Shown here: one piece after another, positions 20,301-30,869 of the stretch | Numbering within the stretch: position 1 is the stretch's first letter | How the letters are laid out: every line of letters begins with the position of its first letter | NCBI GenBank assembly: GCA_964291295.2 | Contig: OZ219754.1 | Location: 1,856,001 to 1,920,000, forward strand | Length of the DNA: 64,000 bases | Reading direction: 5' to 3' | DNA from: an uncultured Candidatus Binatia bacterium | GTDB taxonomy: Bacteria > Desulfobacterota > Binatia > UBA9968 > JAJDTQ01 | Program-made: the position numbers and the translations under genes | Notes under the pieces: generated by a model | Database searches by the model: none | The model's input: the letters and a program-made list of their open reading frames with translations, nothing else | Told to the model about the DNA's origin: nothing

Positions 20301-21269
20301 ATGACCGGCCATTCATCACCGAAGGGCGCGGTGGGCGCGCCCGGCGAAGCCGGAAACCCTTTTGACGCGGTTCTTCTGATCGGCTTCGGAGGCCCCGAGA
20401 GGCGCGACGAAATCCGCCCGTTTCTTGAGCGTGTGAGCGCGGGGCTCCGTATCCCGCCGGCGCGTCTCGAGGCGGTGGCGCATCACTACGAGTTGATCGG
20501 CGGCCGTTCACCGCTGAACGAGTTCACCCGCGGACAGGCGGCCGCCCTGCAGCAACGGCTGGCGCGGGACGGTTTTCCCGTTCCCGTCTGCGTGGGCATG
20601 CGCAACTGGCACCCGTTTCTCCATGAGACCCTGGCGCAGCTGGCCGCGGACGGCCGCTCCCGCGTGTTGGGCATCATCCTCTCCGCGTTCCAGACGGAGG
20701 CCTCCTGGAGTCGTTACATCCGCGCGGTGGAAGCGGCCCGCGAGAGCATGACGGGGTTGGCTCCCGTGGTGGATTACGTCGGCGGGTGGTCGCATCACCC
20801 GCTGTTCATCCGCGCGGTGGTCGATCGGGTCGCCGCCGCCATCCACGGGATGCCCCAAGCCCTTCGCCAGGCCCCGCTGCTGTTCACCGCCCACAGCATT
20901 CCACGGTCCATGGCGGAAGGTTCGCCGTACGTGGAGCAGTTCCGGGAGGCGTCGCGGAGGGTGGCCGACGGTCTGGGACGAACCCGGTGGACACTGGCGT
21001 ATCAGAGCCGCAGCGGCAATCCCCGCGACCCTTGGCTGGAGCCCGACGTGAGCGACGTGATCGAGCGGCTGGCGGGGGCGGGCGAGAAGGCCGTCATCGT
21101 GGCGCCCATCGGCTTTGTCTGCGACCATGTCGAAGTCCTCTACGACCTCGATGTCGAAGCCCGGCAGCGGGCCCGTGAATCGGGAATGGAGTTCCACAGA
21201 GCGTCCGCCGTGAACGATCACCCCTGGTTCGTCGAGATGCTCGCGGACCTGGTCTCCGCATCGTGTTGA
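20301..21269 (+). CDS. hemH: Ferrochelatase
   Basis: FGGPE, IGGRSPL, GMRNWHP, FTAHSIP, YQSRSG, WLEPD, GFVCDHVEVLYDLD. Confidence 0.94.
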   Translation: MTGHSSPKGAVGAPGEAGNPFDAVLLIGFGGPERRDEIRPFLERVSAGLRIPPARLEAVAHHYELIGGRSPLNEFTRGQAAALQQRLARDGFPVPVCVGMRNWHPFLHETLAQLAADGRSRVLGIILSAFQTEASWSRYIRAVEAARESMTGLAPVVDYVGGWSHHPLFIRAVVDRVAAAIHGMPQALRQAPLLFTAHSIPRSMAEGSPYVEQFREASRRVADGLGRTRWTLAYQSRSGNPRDPWLEPDVSDVIERLAGAGEKAVIVAPIGFVCDHVEVLYDLDVEARQRARESGMEFHRASAVNDHPWFVEMLADLVSASC

Positions 21270-21343
21270 CCCGCTCGGGATCCCGACCATGGGAGCAAGT
21301 CCGAGGCATGTCCCGTTCATGTCCTTGGTGAAGGGAGGGTGTC

Positions 21344-22375
21344 ATGTTCTCCACCATTTTCTCCACCCTGTCCTCCAGATTCCAGGATTCGCTGGCGGCG
21401 GCGGTGTTCGGGCTGATCACGCTTCTCGCCATCCCGCCGGGTGTCCAGGCCGGGCCGCGGGTCCGGGTCGCCTTTGCCGGTTTCGGCGTGGGAACGGTGG
21501 TCACCTGGATAGCCAGGGACAAGGGCCTCTTCGCCCGGTACGGTCTCGACATCGATGCCGTCTACCTCGACGGTACCGCTGCCGGCGGCGTGCAATCGCT
21601 GCTGGGCACCGACATCTTCGTGACCTCCCGGGACGTGCTGCCGCCGCTGGAGGCGGTCACCAAAGGCGCCGCGCTGGTGTTCTTCGGCGGCCATGTGAGC
21701 GCGGAGCACTATCGTTTCGGCGTGGCCTCCCATGTCGATCACCTGGCGCAACTCAAGGGCAAGAAGGTCGGCGTCTCGAACCTGGGCAGAAAGTCCGATC
21801 TGATCGCGCGCGTGGTGCTGCGGCGCGCGGGGCTGGATCCGGTGGAAGACGTGGAGATGGTGCCCATCGGATTCTCGCCGCAGAGAGCGGCGGCCATCTA
21901 CCGCGACATCATCCAGGGGGCGCCGCTGGTGCCGCAGGTGGCGGCGGAAGCGCAGCGGGCGGGCATCAAGGTGCTCGACGTCGGCGAGGTGCATCTGATC
22001 AGCGACCTGCTGGTCACCACGCGGTCTTTTGCCGACCGCAACCCCGATCGGATGCGGCGTTTCCTGATGGCCTATCTCAACGGCATCCAGTACTTCCTCA
22101 CCGAACGCGCGGACAGCATGCGCATCATGGAGAAGCACGTCACCCTCGCCGACGGATCATCCGTCGCCGGGGCCTACCGCTCCCTCGCGCGCGGGCTGGA
22201 TCCATTGCCGGCGCTTCGGGGCGAGTCGGTCCAGGCTCTCATCGATGCGGTGTCGGTGATGGATTCGCGCGCGCGGCAGCTCGACCCGCGCCAACTCCTT
22301 GAACTGGATTTCCTCAGGCGCCTCGACCGGGCCGGCTTCGTCAAGGGGCTGTATTCGGAGAAGATCAAGCTGTAG
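21344..22375 (+). CDS. ABC substrate-binding protein, NMT1/SsuA-like
   Basis: Signal peptide, KGLFARYGLD, LKGKKVGVS. Confidence 0.8.
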   Translation: MFSTIFSTLSSRFQDSLAAAVFGLITLLAIPPGVQAGPRVRVAFAGFGVGTVVTWIARDKGLFARYGLDIDAVYLDGTAAGGVQSLLGTDIFVTSRDVLPPLEAVTKGAALVFFGGHVSAEHYRFGVASHVDHLAQLKGKKVGVSNLGRKSDLIARVVLRRAGLDPVEDVEMVPIGFSPQRAAAIYRDIIQGAPLVPQVAAEAQRAGIKVLDVGEVHLISDLLVTTRSFADRNPDRMRRFLMAYLNGIQYFLTERADSMRIMEKHVTLADGSSVAGAYRSLARGLDPLPALRGESVQALIDAVSVMDSRARQLDPRQLLELDFLRRLDRAGFVKGLYSEKIKL

Positions 22376-22421
22376 GGGGGCTGACTCCTGACGGGCCCGC
22401 CCCCGCGTGTCGTCCGCGAAA

Positions 22422-22450
22422 TTGCATTCGATGCGTGGATCCCGTACAAT
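22422..22450 (+). promoter_or_regulatory. Putative sigma70 promoter for plsC-rnj-ftsK-lolA
   Basis: TTGCAT-N17-TACAAT. Confidence 0.65.
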
Positions 22451-22496
22451 GAAACCGGTTTGTCCTGTCGGCTCGGGCCGATACGCCTCCAACAGC

Positions 22497-23249
22497 ATGT
22501 ACACGCTAAAGCTGGCCCTGATCGTCCTTGCAAGCATCCTCCAGACCATTCCCATCATCGCCCTCGGGCTCGTGGACCCCGACGGCCGGCGTGTCTACCC
22601 GATGTTTCGCTTCTGGTCGTGGTGCGTGCTCAAGGCCGGCGGCGTGGGGCTGAGCGTCCGCCAGGCCGGCCAACTGGACCTGGGGCAGGCCTATGTCTTC
22701 ATGGCCAACCATCAGAGCAATATCGACATACCGGTACTCGTGCGGGCACTGGCGCCGTTCCAGTTGCGCTGGATGGCGAAACGGGAGCTGCTTCGCGTCC
22801 CGTTCTTCGGATGGGCGCTGTGGGCCTCCGGACACATCGTCGTCAAGCGCTCGACGTCGAGGGGCTTGGTGGCGGCCATGGCGGGCGCCTGTGACAAGTT
22901 GACACGGGGGATTTCCGTGATGGTGTTTCCCGAGGGCACGCGCAGCACGGATGGCCGGCTGCTGCCCTTCAAGCGCGGCGGGTTCCGCTTGGCGGAGAAG
23001 GCGGGTGTGGCCATCGTTCCGGTGACCATCCGGGGCTCCGGCCGGCTGCTGAAGCGAGGGGATTGGCGTCTCAAGCCCGGCGAAGTCGAAGTCGTCGTGG
23101 GCGCCCCGATCCCTCCGGATGATGCCGGCGACCGCTCCCGCCGGCAGACCAGGCGGGTGCGGGAGGCCATCGGGTCGTGCCTGACGGGGCCGGACGCCGA
23201 GCCGGGCGAGAGCCCCGGAGATGGGCGGGCGGGGACCGTCCGCCGCTGA
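22497..23249 (+). CDS. plsC: 1-acyl-sn-glycerol-3-phosphate acyltransferase
   Basis: NHQSNID, FPEGTRS, PFKRGGF. Confidence 0.9.
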   Translation: MYTLKLALIVLASILQTIPIIALGLVDPDGRRVYPMFRFWSWCVLKAGGVGLSVRQAGQLDLGQAYVFMANHQSNIDIPVLVRALAPFQLRWMAKRELLRVPFFGWALWASGHIVVKRSTSRGLVAAMAGACDKLTRGISVMVFPEGTRSTDGRLLPFKRGGFRLAEKAGVAIVPVTIRGSGRLLKRGDWRLKPGEVEVVVGAPIPPDDAGDRSRRQTRRVREAIGSCLTGPDAEPGESPGDGRAGTVRR

Positions 23250-23255
23250 ATTGAG

Positions 23256-24911
23256 ATGGAGTCCCTGCGGATCGTGCCTCTCGGAGGCTTGGGAGAGTTC
23301 GGCTGCAACATGCTGGCGGTGGAGTTTGGCGACACCGTGATCGCCGTGGACTGCGGCGTCATGTTCCCCGGTGCCGACCTGCTGGGCATCGACCTCGTGA
23401 TCCCCGATATCGGCTACCTCGTGGATCAGGGAAAGATCCCCCGGGCCATCATCCTGACCCACGCGCACGAGGATCATATCGGGGCGCTTCCCTACGTGCT
23501 CCGGCGTTGCCGGATCCCGGTGTACGGCACGCGCCTGACGCTGGGCTTCGTGCGCCACAAGCTGCGCGAGCACAGGCTCGAAGAGGCCACCGAACTCGTG
23601 GAGATCCTTCCCGGCGAACGTTTCACGCTCGGCCCGTTCTCGATGGAGGGGATATCGGTAACCCACAGCCTGGTGGATTGCATCGGCCTGGCCATCGAGA
23701 CGCCCGTCGGCACCATCATCCACACCGGCGACTTCAAGATCGATCACACGCCCGTGGCCGGTGCGCGTTTCGACTTCCACCGTTTCGCGGCCCACGGCGA
23801 CAAGGGCGTCCTGCTGCTGCTCTCGGACTCCACCAATGTCGAGCGCGCGGGCAGCACGCCGTCGGAACGCACGGTCGGGGAGGGGCTTCGGGGAGTCTTC
23901 GGTTCCAGTCCGGGGCGGATATTCATCGCGACCTTCGCCTCCCACATTCCACGCATCCAGCAGGTGGCGGAACTGGCCGCGGATTTCGGGCGCAAGCTGG
24001 TGCTCAGCGGCCGGAGCCTTGTCAAGAACACCGGTATCGCCGCGGAGTTGGGCTGTCTGCGCCTGCCGCCGGACGTCATGACCGACAACCCGGGCTGGCA
24101 GGACCTCGCCGGCGACCGCCTCTGTTTCCTCACCACCGGAAGCCAGGGAGAGCCCCTCTCCGTCCTGCACCGCGTGGCCTTCGACGAACATCGGTCCGTC
24201 CGGATCCAGCCGGGGGATACCGTGGTGCTGTCGGCGCGGTGCATCCCCGGAAACGAGAAGGTCATCAGCAACCTCGTCGATCATCTCTACCGCCGCGGCG
24301 CCCGTGTCCACTACGAGCGCACGTCGGAGATTCACGTCTCCGGGCATGCCAGCCAGGAAGAGCTGAAAACCATGATCCAGCTCACGCGCCCGCGGTACTT
24401 CGTTCCCCTGCATGGCGAGTTCCGGCAGCTCTGCCGGCACATCGAGTTGGCGCGCGCCCTGGGCATACCGGCCGACAACTGCTTTCTCCTGGAGAACGGC
24501 GACGTGCTGGAACTGACCGGGGACGACGCCCGGCGCGTCGAACCGGTGGCGAGCGGCAAGGTCTTCGTTGACGGCAAGGGCATCGGCGACGTGGAAGACG
24601 TCGTCATTCGGGACCGCCGCCACCTGAGCGAGGACGGGCTGGTGGTGGTGGCCATGGCGATCCATCAACGCACCGGCGCGGTCGCCGCCGGGCCGGACCT
24701 GCTGGCCCGGGGAGTCACGCGGCCGGAGGAGGAGGACGACATCCTCGGTACGGCCAGGGATTCGCTGCGGGATTACATTGACGGCTGCGGTGTGGAGTTG
24801 CGTACCGACTCCGCCGAGCTCAAGGAAGGCATACGGCGGTGGCTGCGCCGGTTCTTCGAAAAGCGGCTGCGGCGCCGGCCGGTGATCGTGCCTCATATCA
24901 TGGAGATGTAG
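23256..24911 (+). CDS. rnj: Ribonuclease J
   Basis: LGGLGEFG, THAHEDHIG, HTGDFK, TGSQGEP, HVSGHA. Confidence 0.96.
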   Translation: MESLRIVPLGGLGEFGCNMLAVEFGDTVIAVDCGVMFPGADLLGIDLVIPDIGYLVDQGKIPRAIILTHAHEDHIGALPYVLRRCRIPVYGTRLTLGFVRHKLREHRLEEATELVEILPGERFTLGPFSMEGISVTHSLVDCIGLAIETPVGTIIHTGDFKIDHTPVAGARFDFHRFAAHGDKGVLLLLSDSTNVERAGSTPSERTVGEGLRGVFGSSPGRIFIATFASHIPRIQQVAELAADFGRKLVLSGRSLVKNTGIAAELGCLRLPPDVMTDNPGWQDLAGDRLCFLTTGSQGEPLSVLHRVAFDEHRSVRIQPGDTVVLSARCIPGNEKVISNLVDHLYRRGARVHYERTSEIHVSGHASQEELKTMIQLTRPRYFVPLHGEFRQLCRHIELARALGIPADNCFLLENGDVLELTGDDARRVEPVASGKVFVDGKGIGDVEDVVIRDRRHLSEDGLVVVAMAIHQRTGAVAAGPDLLARGVTRPEEEDDILGTARDSLRDYIDGCGVELRTDSAELKEGIRRWLRRFFEKRLRRRPVIVPHIMEM

Positions 24912-24921
24912 GCGGGCACGC

Positions 24922-27186
24922 ATGCAGAACGGCTCTCGGCTGAATCGTGAACTGTGGGGCTCGGTGGTCGTGGTCACCGCCTGTTTCGCCGTGCTCAGCC
25001 TGGTGTCCTACGACCCCATGGACCGGTCCCTCAACGTCCCCTCGGGCTCTCCGGACCCCTTGAACCTGGGCGGTCTGGTGGGGGCCTATCTGGCGGACGC
25101 GCTGTTGCAGGGGCTGGGGCTGACGGCCTACCTGCTCCCGGTCATCCTGCTGCTGCTTGCCTTCCGCCTGTTCCGCCGGGACCCGGGCCGGATCCGGGTT
25201 TTCAGGGTTTTCGGATACGGCGTGCTCCTGTGGGGCGGCGCCGTCCTGGTCAGCCTGGTGCGCGAGATGGAATTGGCGCGGGACAGCGGCGGCGTCGTTG
25301 GCGGTCTGTCCAGGGAGTTCCTGACCGAACTGTTCGGCTATGCGGGAACCTGCGCCATCACCGTCTTCCTGTTGCTGATGGCCGTCATGCTGTTGTCCCA
25401 GACCCCGATGCTGGGCTGGTGGACCGGGCTGGCAGGCGCGCTCGGGAAGTTTCGTCCGGCGCTGACCGTCTTTCGTCCGGCACTGACCGCCGCCTGGCGG
25501 ATCCGGTTGAAGCGGAAGCCGTCCGCCAACCTCAGGAAGGAGCGGGAGTTCACGGCGCCGCCCATCGTGCGGGAGGAGGCTCCCGAGGAAAGCGCCGGGG
25601 AGAGTCCCAAGGGCGGCCGCAGGAAGGCCAGGGCCAGGTCCAGGGCGGGGGGCAGGCCCGAGGCCGAGCAGTTCGTTTTTCCTGAGATCACGGGCGGCTA
25701 TGTGTTGCCTTCCACCGCCTTTCTCGACTCCCCGCCGGAGGAGAAGGCGAGCATCGACAGGAGCACTCTGGAGGCCAATTCCCTGATGCTGCAGCGGAAG
25801 CTTCAGGATTTCGGCATCGAGGGCGAAGTGCTGGCGGTGAGGCCCGGGCCGGTCATCACCGTGTACGAGTTTCGTCCGGCTCCCGGCGTCATGGTGCGCC
25901 GCATCGTCGGCGTGGCGGACGACCTCGCCATGGCCCTCAGCGCCGTCAGCATCCGCATCCTCGCGCCGATTCCGGGCGAGTCGGTGGTGGGCATCGAGGT
26001 GCCCAATACCCGGCGCGAGACGGTCCATCTGCGAGAGATCCTAGAAGCCCCGGTTTACACCGCCCCGGATTCGATGCTGACCCTGGCCCTCGGCAAGGAT
26101 ATCGCCGGCGTGCCGTTCGCGACGGACCTGGCGCGCATGCCGCATCTGCTGGTGGCCGGCGCCACCGGCACGGGCAAGTCGGTCTCTCTCAACTCGATGA
26201 TCCTGAGCATCCTGTTCAAGGCCGCGCCGGATGATGTCCGCTTCATCATGATCGATCCCAAGATGCTCGAGTTGACTCCTTACGAAGGGCTGCCGCATTT
26301 GCTGACCCCGGTGGTGACCGATCCCAAGGAGGCCCGGGCGGCGCTGTTCTGGGCCGTCGAGGAGATGGACCGGCGCTACCGGCTCATGCGCGACAAGGGG
26401 GCCCGGAACATCGACAACTACAACCGCATCCTGGAACGGGAACCGCCGCCGGACGGAACGCGGAACGGTGATGCCGGGGAGGACGTGGAGATCGGCGGGA
26501 GGCTCGACGGCAGCGAAGCGCTGGAGCACGGGCGGCTGCCCCGGGTGGTGATCTTGATTGACGAACTGGCGGACCTGATGATGTCCGTGGGCCGCGACAT
26601 CGAGGAGCACATCACGCGCCTGGCCCAGAAGGCCCGGGCCGCCGGAATCCACATGGTGCTGGCGACGCAGCGGCCGTCGGTGGACGTGATCACCGGATTG
26701 ATCAAGGCGAATTTTCCGGCGCGGGTGTCCTTTCAGGTGACCTCCCGGGTGGATTCGCGCACCATTCTGGACGGCCAGGGCGCGGAGCAACTCCTGGGCA
26801 ATGGCGACCTGCTCTTTCTGCCTCCCGGCACGGCGCGGTTGATACGGCTTCACGGCCCCTTTGTTTCGGACAAGGAGGTGCGGAAGGTCACCGATTTCAT
26901 CAAGCAGCAGGGCCGGCCGCAGTATCGCCCGGAGATTCTTGAGGCCGCCGCGTCGGCCGACGCGGCGTTGGACGGTGCCGGCGGCGACCTGGACGAGATG
27001 TACGATCAGGCGGTGGCGGTGGTGACCGAGACGCGGCAGGCGTCCATATCCATGATCCAGCGGCGTCTGAGGGTGGGCTACAACCGGGCCGCTCGAATGA
27101 TAGAGAAGATGGAGCGGGAGGGTGTGGTGGGGCCGGCGGACGGGGCCAGGCCACGCGAGGTGCTGGCCCGACAGATGGAGGAATAG
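24922..27186 (+). CDS. ftsK: DNA translocase FtsK
   Basis: N-terminal 4TM, PHLLVAGATGTGKS, DELADLMM, ATQRPSVDV, gamma domain QRRLRVGYNRAAR. Confidence 0.97.
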   Translation: MQNGSRLNRELWGSVVVVTACFAVLSLVSYDPMDRSLNVPSGSPDPLNLGGLVGAYLADALLQGLGLTAYLLPVILLLLAFRLFRRDPGRIRVFRVFGYGVLLWGGAVLVSLVREMELARDSGGVVGGLSREFLTELFGYAGTCAITVFLLLMAVMLLSQTPMLGWWTGLAGALGKFRPALTVFRPALTAAWRIRLKRKPSANLRKEREFTAPPIVREEAPEESAGESPKGGRRKARARSRAGGRPEAEQFVFPEITGGYVLPSTAFLDSPPEEKASIDRSTLEANSLMLQRKLQDFGIEGEVLAVRPGPVITVYEFRPAPGVMVRRIVGVADDLAMALSAVSIRILAPIPGESVVGIEVPNTRRETVHLREILEAPVYTAPDSMLTLALGKDIAGVPFATDLARMPHLLVAGATGTGKSVSLNSMILSILFKAAPDDVRFIMIDPKMLELTPYEGLPHLLTPVVTDPKEARAALFWAVEEMDRRYRLMRDKGARNIDNYNRILEREPPPDGTRNGDAGEDVEIGGRLDGSEALEHGRLPRVVILIDELADLMMSVGRDIEEHITRLAQKARAAGIHMVLATQRPSVDVITGLIKANFPARVSFQVTSRVDSRTILDGQGAEQLLGNGDLLFLPPGTARLIRLHGPFVSDKEVRKVTDFIKQQGRPQYRPEILEAAASADAALDGAGGDLDEMYDQAVAVVTETRQASISMIQRRLRVGYNRAARMIEKMEREGVVGPADGARPREVLARQMEE

Positions 27187-27196
27187 GCACACGACG

Positions 27197-27898
27197 ATGT
27201 TGAAACGCTCGCATCACGCCCCGGGACGGCTGACGATGAAGGGGGCTTGCGCCGCCCTTGCCGGCGTGGTCGGCTGTGCCTCGGGGCTCGCGTGGACGGC
27301 GCGGGATGCGCGCGCGCAGGATGCACGGGAGGTGGTCCGGCAGATACAGCGGCGCTACGATGCCGCGCGGGACTACAGCGCGGACTTCCGGCAGACCACC
27401 GAGTACCGCACGCTGAACCGGCGTATCGACGGTGAGGGGAAGGTCTTCTTCAGCAAGCCGGCCAGGATGCTGTGGCGTTACCGGAAGCCCGCCGGTCAGT
27501 TCGTGTTGTCCGATGGCAAGCATCTCTACTTCTATCAACCGGCCGAACACCAGGTCATCAAGACTGCGCTGGGAGCGGTATTCCGATCCGAACTGCCGCT
27601 CTCCTTCCTGCTTGGCGTCGGCAATCTGGACCGCGACTTTCTCCCCGAGCTGGTGGAGGCCGGCGAGCAGGAATACCGTCTGAAGCTCTCCCCGAAAACC
27701 CCCGCCGCCGGGGTTCGCCAGCTCCACCTGACGGTTGACCGGGACCACCATGATTTCCGCGAGGTGCTCATCGAGGACGGCAGCGGCAACCGCTGGACCT
27801 TCCGCTTCGAAAACGTCCGCCGCGGAGAGCTGCTGGAGCCGTCACTCTTCAAGCTGGAAGTCCCCCAAGGCGCCGATATCGTTGAGTTTGGTTCCTAG
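27197..27898 (+). CDS. lolA: Outer-membrane lipoprotein chaperone LolA
   Basis: ADFRQ, KPARMLWRY, SDGKHLYFY; follows ftsK; start could be 27236. Confidence 0.88.
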   Translation: MLKRSHHAPGRLTMKGACAALAGVVGCASGLAWTARDARAQDAREVVRQIQRRYDAARDYSADFRQTTEYRTLNRRIDGEGKVFFSKPARMLWRYRKPAGQFVLSDGKHLYFYQPAEHQVIKTALGAVFRSELPLSFLLGVGNLDRDFLPELVEAGEQEYRLKLSPKTPAAGVRQLHLTVDRDHHDFREVLIEDGSGNRWTFRFENVRRGELLEPSLFKLEVPQGADIVEFGS

Positions 27899-28003
27899 GC
27901 GCCGGTCTCGGTGCGGGAACCCGGGCCGGGAAGGCCCGGCGGTCCGTGGTTGACTCGGTTCCTGATTGGTGGTGAATTGTGTTCCTTTCAGGAGAGAAGA
28001 AAA

Positions 28004-28429
28004 ATGAGAAAAGATGTTCTGAAACGGTTTCGGGAGACCCTTCTCGAGATGAAGGGACAGCTTCTGGAGGACATCCCGGATCGCCTCAAGCACGAGGTGG
28101 AAAGTTCCAAGGACGAGGGGCGCGACACCTATGATCTGGCCAGCGACGAGCGGGACCGCGAGATCAACATGATACTCAACGACCGGGAGAGGACGAAGCT
28201 GATGGCCATCGATGACGCGCTGCTCCGGCTCGGTGAAGGCTCGTACGGCATCTGCGATGAATGCGGCGAGGAGATCGGTGTCGGCCGGCTCAAGGTGATG
28301 CCGTTCACGCGCCTGTGCGTGCGTTGCCAGGCGGATCTGGAGAAGGAAAGCCGCATGATGAAGAGCTTCGACGACGACCGCACGCTGCGCCGGCTGCCGA
28401 TGACGGATACCGAAGAGGAGAGCTACTAG
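28004..28429 (+). CDS. dksA: DksA/TraR zinc-finger transcription factor
   Basis: DTYDLA coiled-coil tip, YGICDECGEEI...LCVRC. Confidence 0.88.
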   Translation: MRKDVLKRFRETLLEMKGQLLEDIPDRLKHEVESSKDEGRDTYDLASDERDREINMILNDRERTKLMAIDDALLRLGEGSYGICDECGEEIGVGRLKVMPFTRLCVRCQADLEKESRMMKSFDDDRTLRRLPMTDTEEESY

Positions 28430-28502
28430 CGCAGCGTCCCCCAACGCATCTTTTCCAGGCGTCCGCAAGGACAGGACCGGTCCGGAACCCGAGGATGATG
28501 CC

Positions 28503-28901
28503 ATGAAGTATTTCTTCACCAAGGACGAGGCGGAAGTGGTGCGCATCGAGGGCGACGCACCGCGTACCCTCTACCCGTGCGTCGGACCGGCCACGACGGG
28601 AACCCGCCGTTTCTCCATGGGGCTGCAGGAAGTCGATCCCCACAGCGAGATTCCGCTGCACTCGCACGACGAGGCCGAAGAAATCCTCTTCGTGACAGGC
28701 GGCCGCGCCACCGCAACGGTGGGAGACGAAACCAGGGAGATCGCGCCGGGCTCCATCGTGTTCATACCGCCTCGAACCAACCACGGGTTCGTCAACAGCG
28801 GCGACGAACCGCTGCGGCTGACGTGGACCTTCTCCCCCCAGGGATTCGAGGGGTATATCCGGGGGGTTGCCGAGGGCACGGTGCAACTCAAGACCGTTTA
28901 G
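28503..28901 (+). CDS. Cupin domain protein
   Basis: PLHSHDEAEE and FIPPRTNHGF cupin motifs. Confidence 0.88.
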   Translation: MKYFFTKDEAEVVRIEGDAPRTLYPCVGPATTGTRRFSMGLQEVDPHSEIPLHSHDEAEEILFVTGGRATATVGDETREIAPGSIVFIPPRTNHGFVNSGDEPLRLTWTFSPQGFEGYIRGVAEGTVQLKTV

Positions 28902-29031
28902 CCGCAGCGCGGCGGTTCCGGGTTCCTTGCGGCCGGCGGCTCCGGTGACGGATGCCGCCGCCACTCCTGTCTCGATTACGCTCGGAAGGTGCGGGTCGGC
29001 GGTGGTCCGCGCGTGGCCGCAAGGAGGTCTC

Positions 29032-29850
29032 ATGCTTGAAGACAGGATCGGCTTCATCGGCGCCGGGAAGATGGGCGGCGCCATCATCAAGGGGATCCTG
29101 AGGGCGGGGCTCGTGGACCGAAGCCGGATCGCCGCCAGCGACCCCGTCGAATCCTTGGGAAAGGCGCTCGTGGAGGAGACCGGCATTCGGTTCATGCAGG
29201 ACAACGCCGGCCTCGTGCAGGCGTCGGATATCGTGATCCTTGCGGTCAAGCCTCAGGTCATGGACGGTGTGTTGCGGGAGCTTGCCGGCGCGGTGCCGGG
29301 GGAAACGTTGTGGGTGTCCATCGCGGCCGGTGTGCCCATCCACCGCATCGAGAGCCTGCTCCCCGAGGGTGCGCGGGTGGTTCGGGTCATGCCCAACACA
29401 CCGTGCCTGGTGGGCCAGGCGGCTTCCGCGTACTCAGGAGGCCGGTGGGCCAGGAGCGAGGACCTCCACAAGGTGGACGAGATCCTGTCCAGCGTCGGGC
29501 TCGCGGTGGCGGTGGAGGAGCATCACCTCGACGCCGTGACGGCCCTGAGCGGCAGTGGCCCGGCCTATGTCTTCCTGTTCATCGAATCGTTGATCGCGGG
29601 CGGCGTTCAGATGGGGCTCAGCCGCGACGTGGCCCACAATCTCGCGCTCCAGACGGTCCATGGTGCGGCGGTGATGGCCCGCGGTGCCGAAGGGCATCTG
29701 GCCGATTTGCGGGACGCGGTGACGTCTCCGGCCGGAACCACGGCGGCGGGACTCCTGGCCCTGGAACAAGGCGGTTTCCGCGCTACTGTCATGGAAGCCG
29801 TGATCGAGGCGGCCGAGCGTTCGCAGGCCCTGGGGCGCGGGGAGCCTTAG
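29032..29850 (+). CDS. proC: Pyrroline-5-carboxylate reductase
   Basis: IGFIGAGKMG, LAVKPQ, RVMPNTP, SGSGPAY, VTSPAGTT; AAGGAGG RBS. Confidence 0.96.
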   Translation: MLEDRIGFIGAGKMGGAIIKGILRAGLVDRSRIAASDPVESLGKALVEETGIRFMQDNAGLVQASDIVILAVKPQVMDGVLRELAGAVPGETLWVSIAAGVPIHRIESLLPEGARVVRVMPNTPCLVGQAASAYSGGRWARSEDLHKVDEILSSVGLAVAVEEHHLDAVTALSGSGPAYVFLFIESLIAGGVQMGLSRDVAHNLALQTVHGAAVMARGAEGHLADLRDAVTSPAGTTAAGLLALEQGGFRATVMEAVIEAAERSQALGRGEP

Positions 29851-29895
29851 GGTGCCGCCCATGATTCCGACACCGACACCGGGCGCGAGACCGAC

Positions 29896-30789
29896 GTGAC
29901 GAGCCATCGCGCTCCGTTCCCGGGACGCCGCGTACGGCGTCTCGTGCTGCTGCTGGCGTGGCTCCTGGCCGGGCCGGCGCACGCCGAGCAACACGCCCCC
30001 TCCGTCGGCGAGGCGGCGGGGCAGGCATTTCGGAAGATCGTGGAGGCCCGCGGGCAGGCCCGGGCGCAGCGCTATCCGGAGGCTCTGAAGCAACTCGATG
30101 AAGCGGCCTCGCTTGCCGAGGAGCTGGAGGACCGGCTGCCCCTCGCGCTGGCGTTCCACAACAGGGGCGAGGTCCATCTCCTCAGGGGCGAACTCCAGGA
30201 TGCGTGGACGGACTACCACCGGGCGCTGGGCGTCTATGCGGCCATGGGGCACATGGTCGGTGCAGGCCTGGTGCAACGGCGCATCGGCGCGCTGTCACGG
30301 CTTCTCGAAAAATCCCGCGGCATGGCCGAGGCCCCGGTCGGCGCCCGTGCCGGGGCGCTCTCGCCCATCGACCAAGCCGTGGAACGGGTCCGGCGGCGCG
30401 CCCGGGCCGCCGGAGAGGCGGCCGAATCGGGGCCGGTCCGGGTCACTTGGTCCGAGCCTGCGGCAGCGAAAGATTACGGGGAATGGGCCTACGTCGAATC
30501 TCTCAGACGGAAGATCGGAAGCAATACGAGATATCCCGACCACGCCAGGCGAACGGGACAGGAGGGGACCGTCGACGTCGTTTTCGCGGTCCGTCGGAGC
30601 GGCGAGGTCGCCAACCTGGAACTCTCGAAGTCGTCCGGCGTCATCCTCCTCGACCTGGAGGCCCTCCGCAACGTCAGCGAGTCGGCGCCGTTCGACCCGG
30701 TACCCGATGGCGTGGCCGCGGCGGCGCCGTTGACCGTTCGTCTGACCCTCAGCTACCGGTTGCCGGCCGCGCCCGACCGTACACATTGA
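29896..30789 (+). CDS. TPR + TonB C-terminal domain protein
   Basis: N-terminal hydrophobic segment, TPR-like AFHNRGEVHL, TonB_C motif YPDHARRTGQEGTV...KSSG...LDLEAL. Confidence 0.78.
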   Translation: MTSHRAPFPGRRVRRLVLLLAWLLAGPAHAEQHAPSVGEAAGQAFRKIVEARGQARAQRYPEALKQLDEAASLAEELEDRLPLALAFHNRGEVHLLRGELQDAWTDYHRALGVYAAMGHMVGAGLVQRRIGALSRLLEKSRGMAEAPVGARAGALSPIDQAVERVRRRARAAGEAAESGPVRVTWSEPAAAKDYGEWAYVESLRRKIGSNTRYPDHARRTGQEGTVDVVFAVRRSGEVANLELSKSSGVILLDLEALRNVSESAPFDPVPDGVAAAAPLTVRLTLSYRLPAAPDRTH

Positions 30790-30869
30790 AACACCGGTGA
30801 TGCCGGCCCGATCCCGGGTCCGTTCACCCGATACCGCGGCGATGCCGCTCCGCCGTTCTGGCGCCGCCT

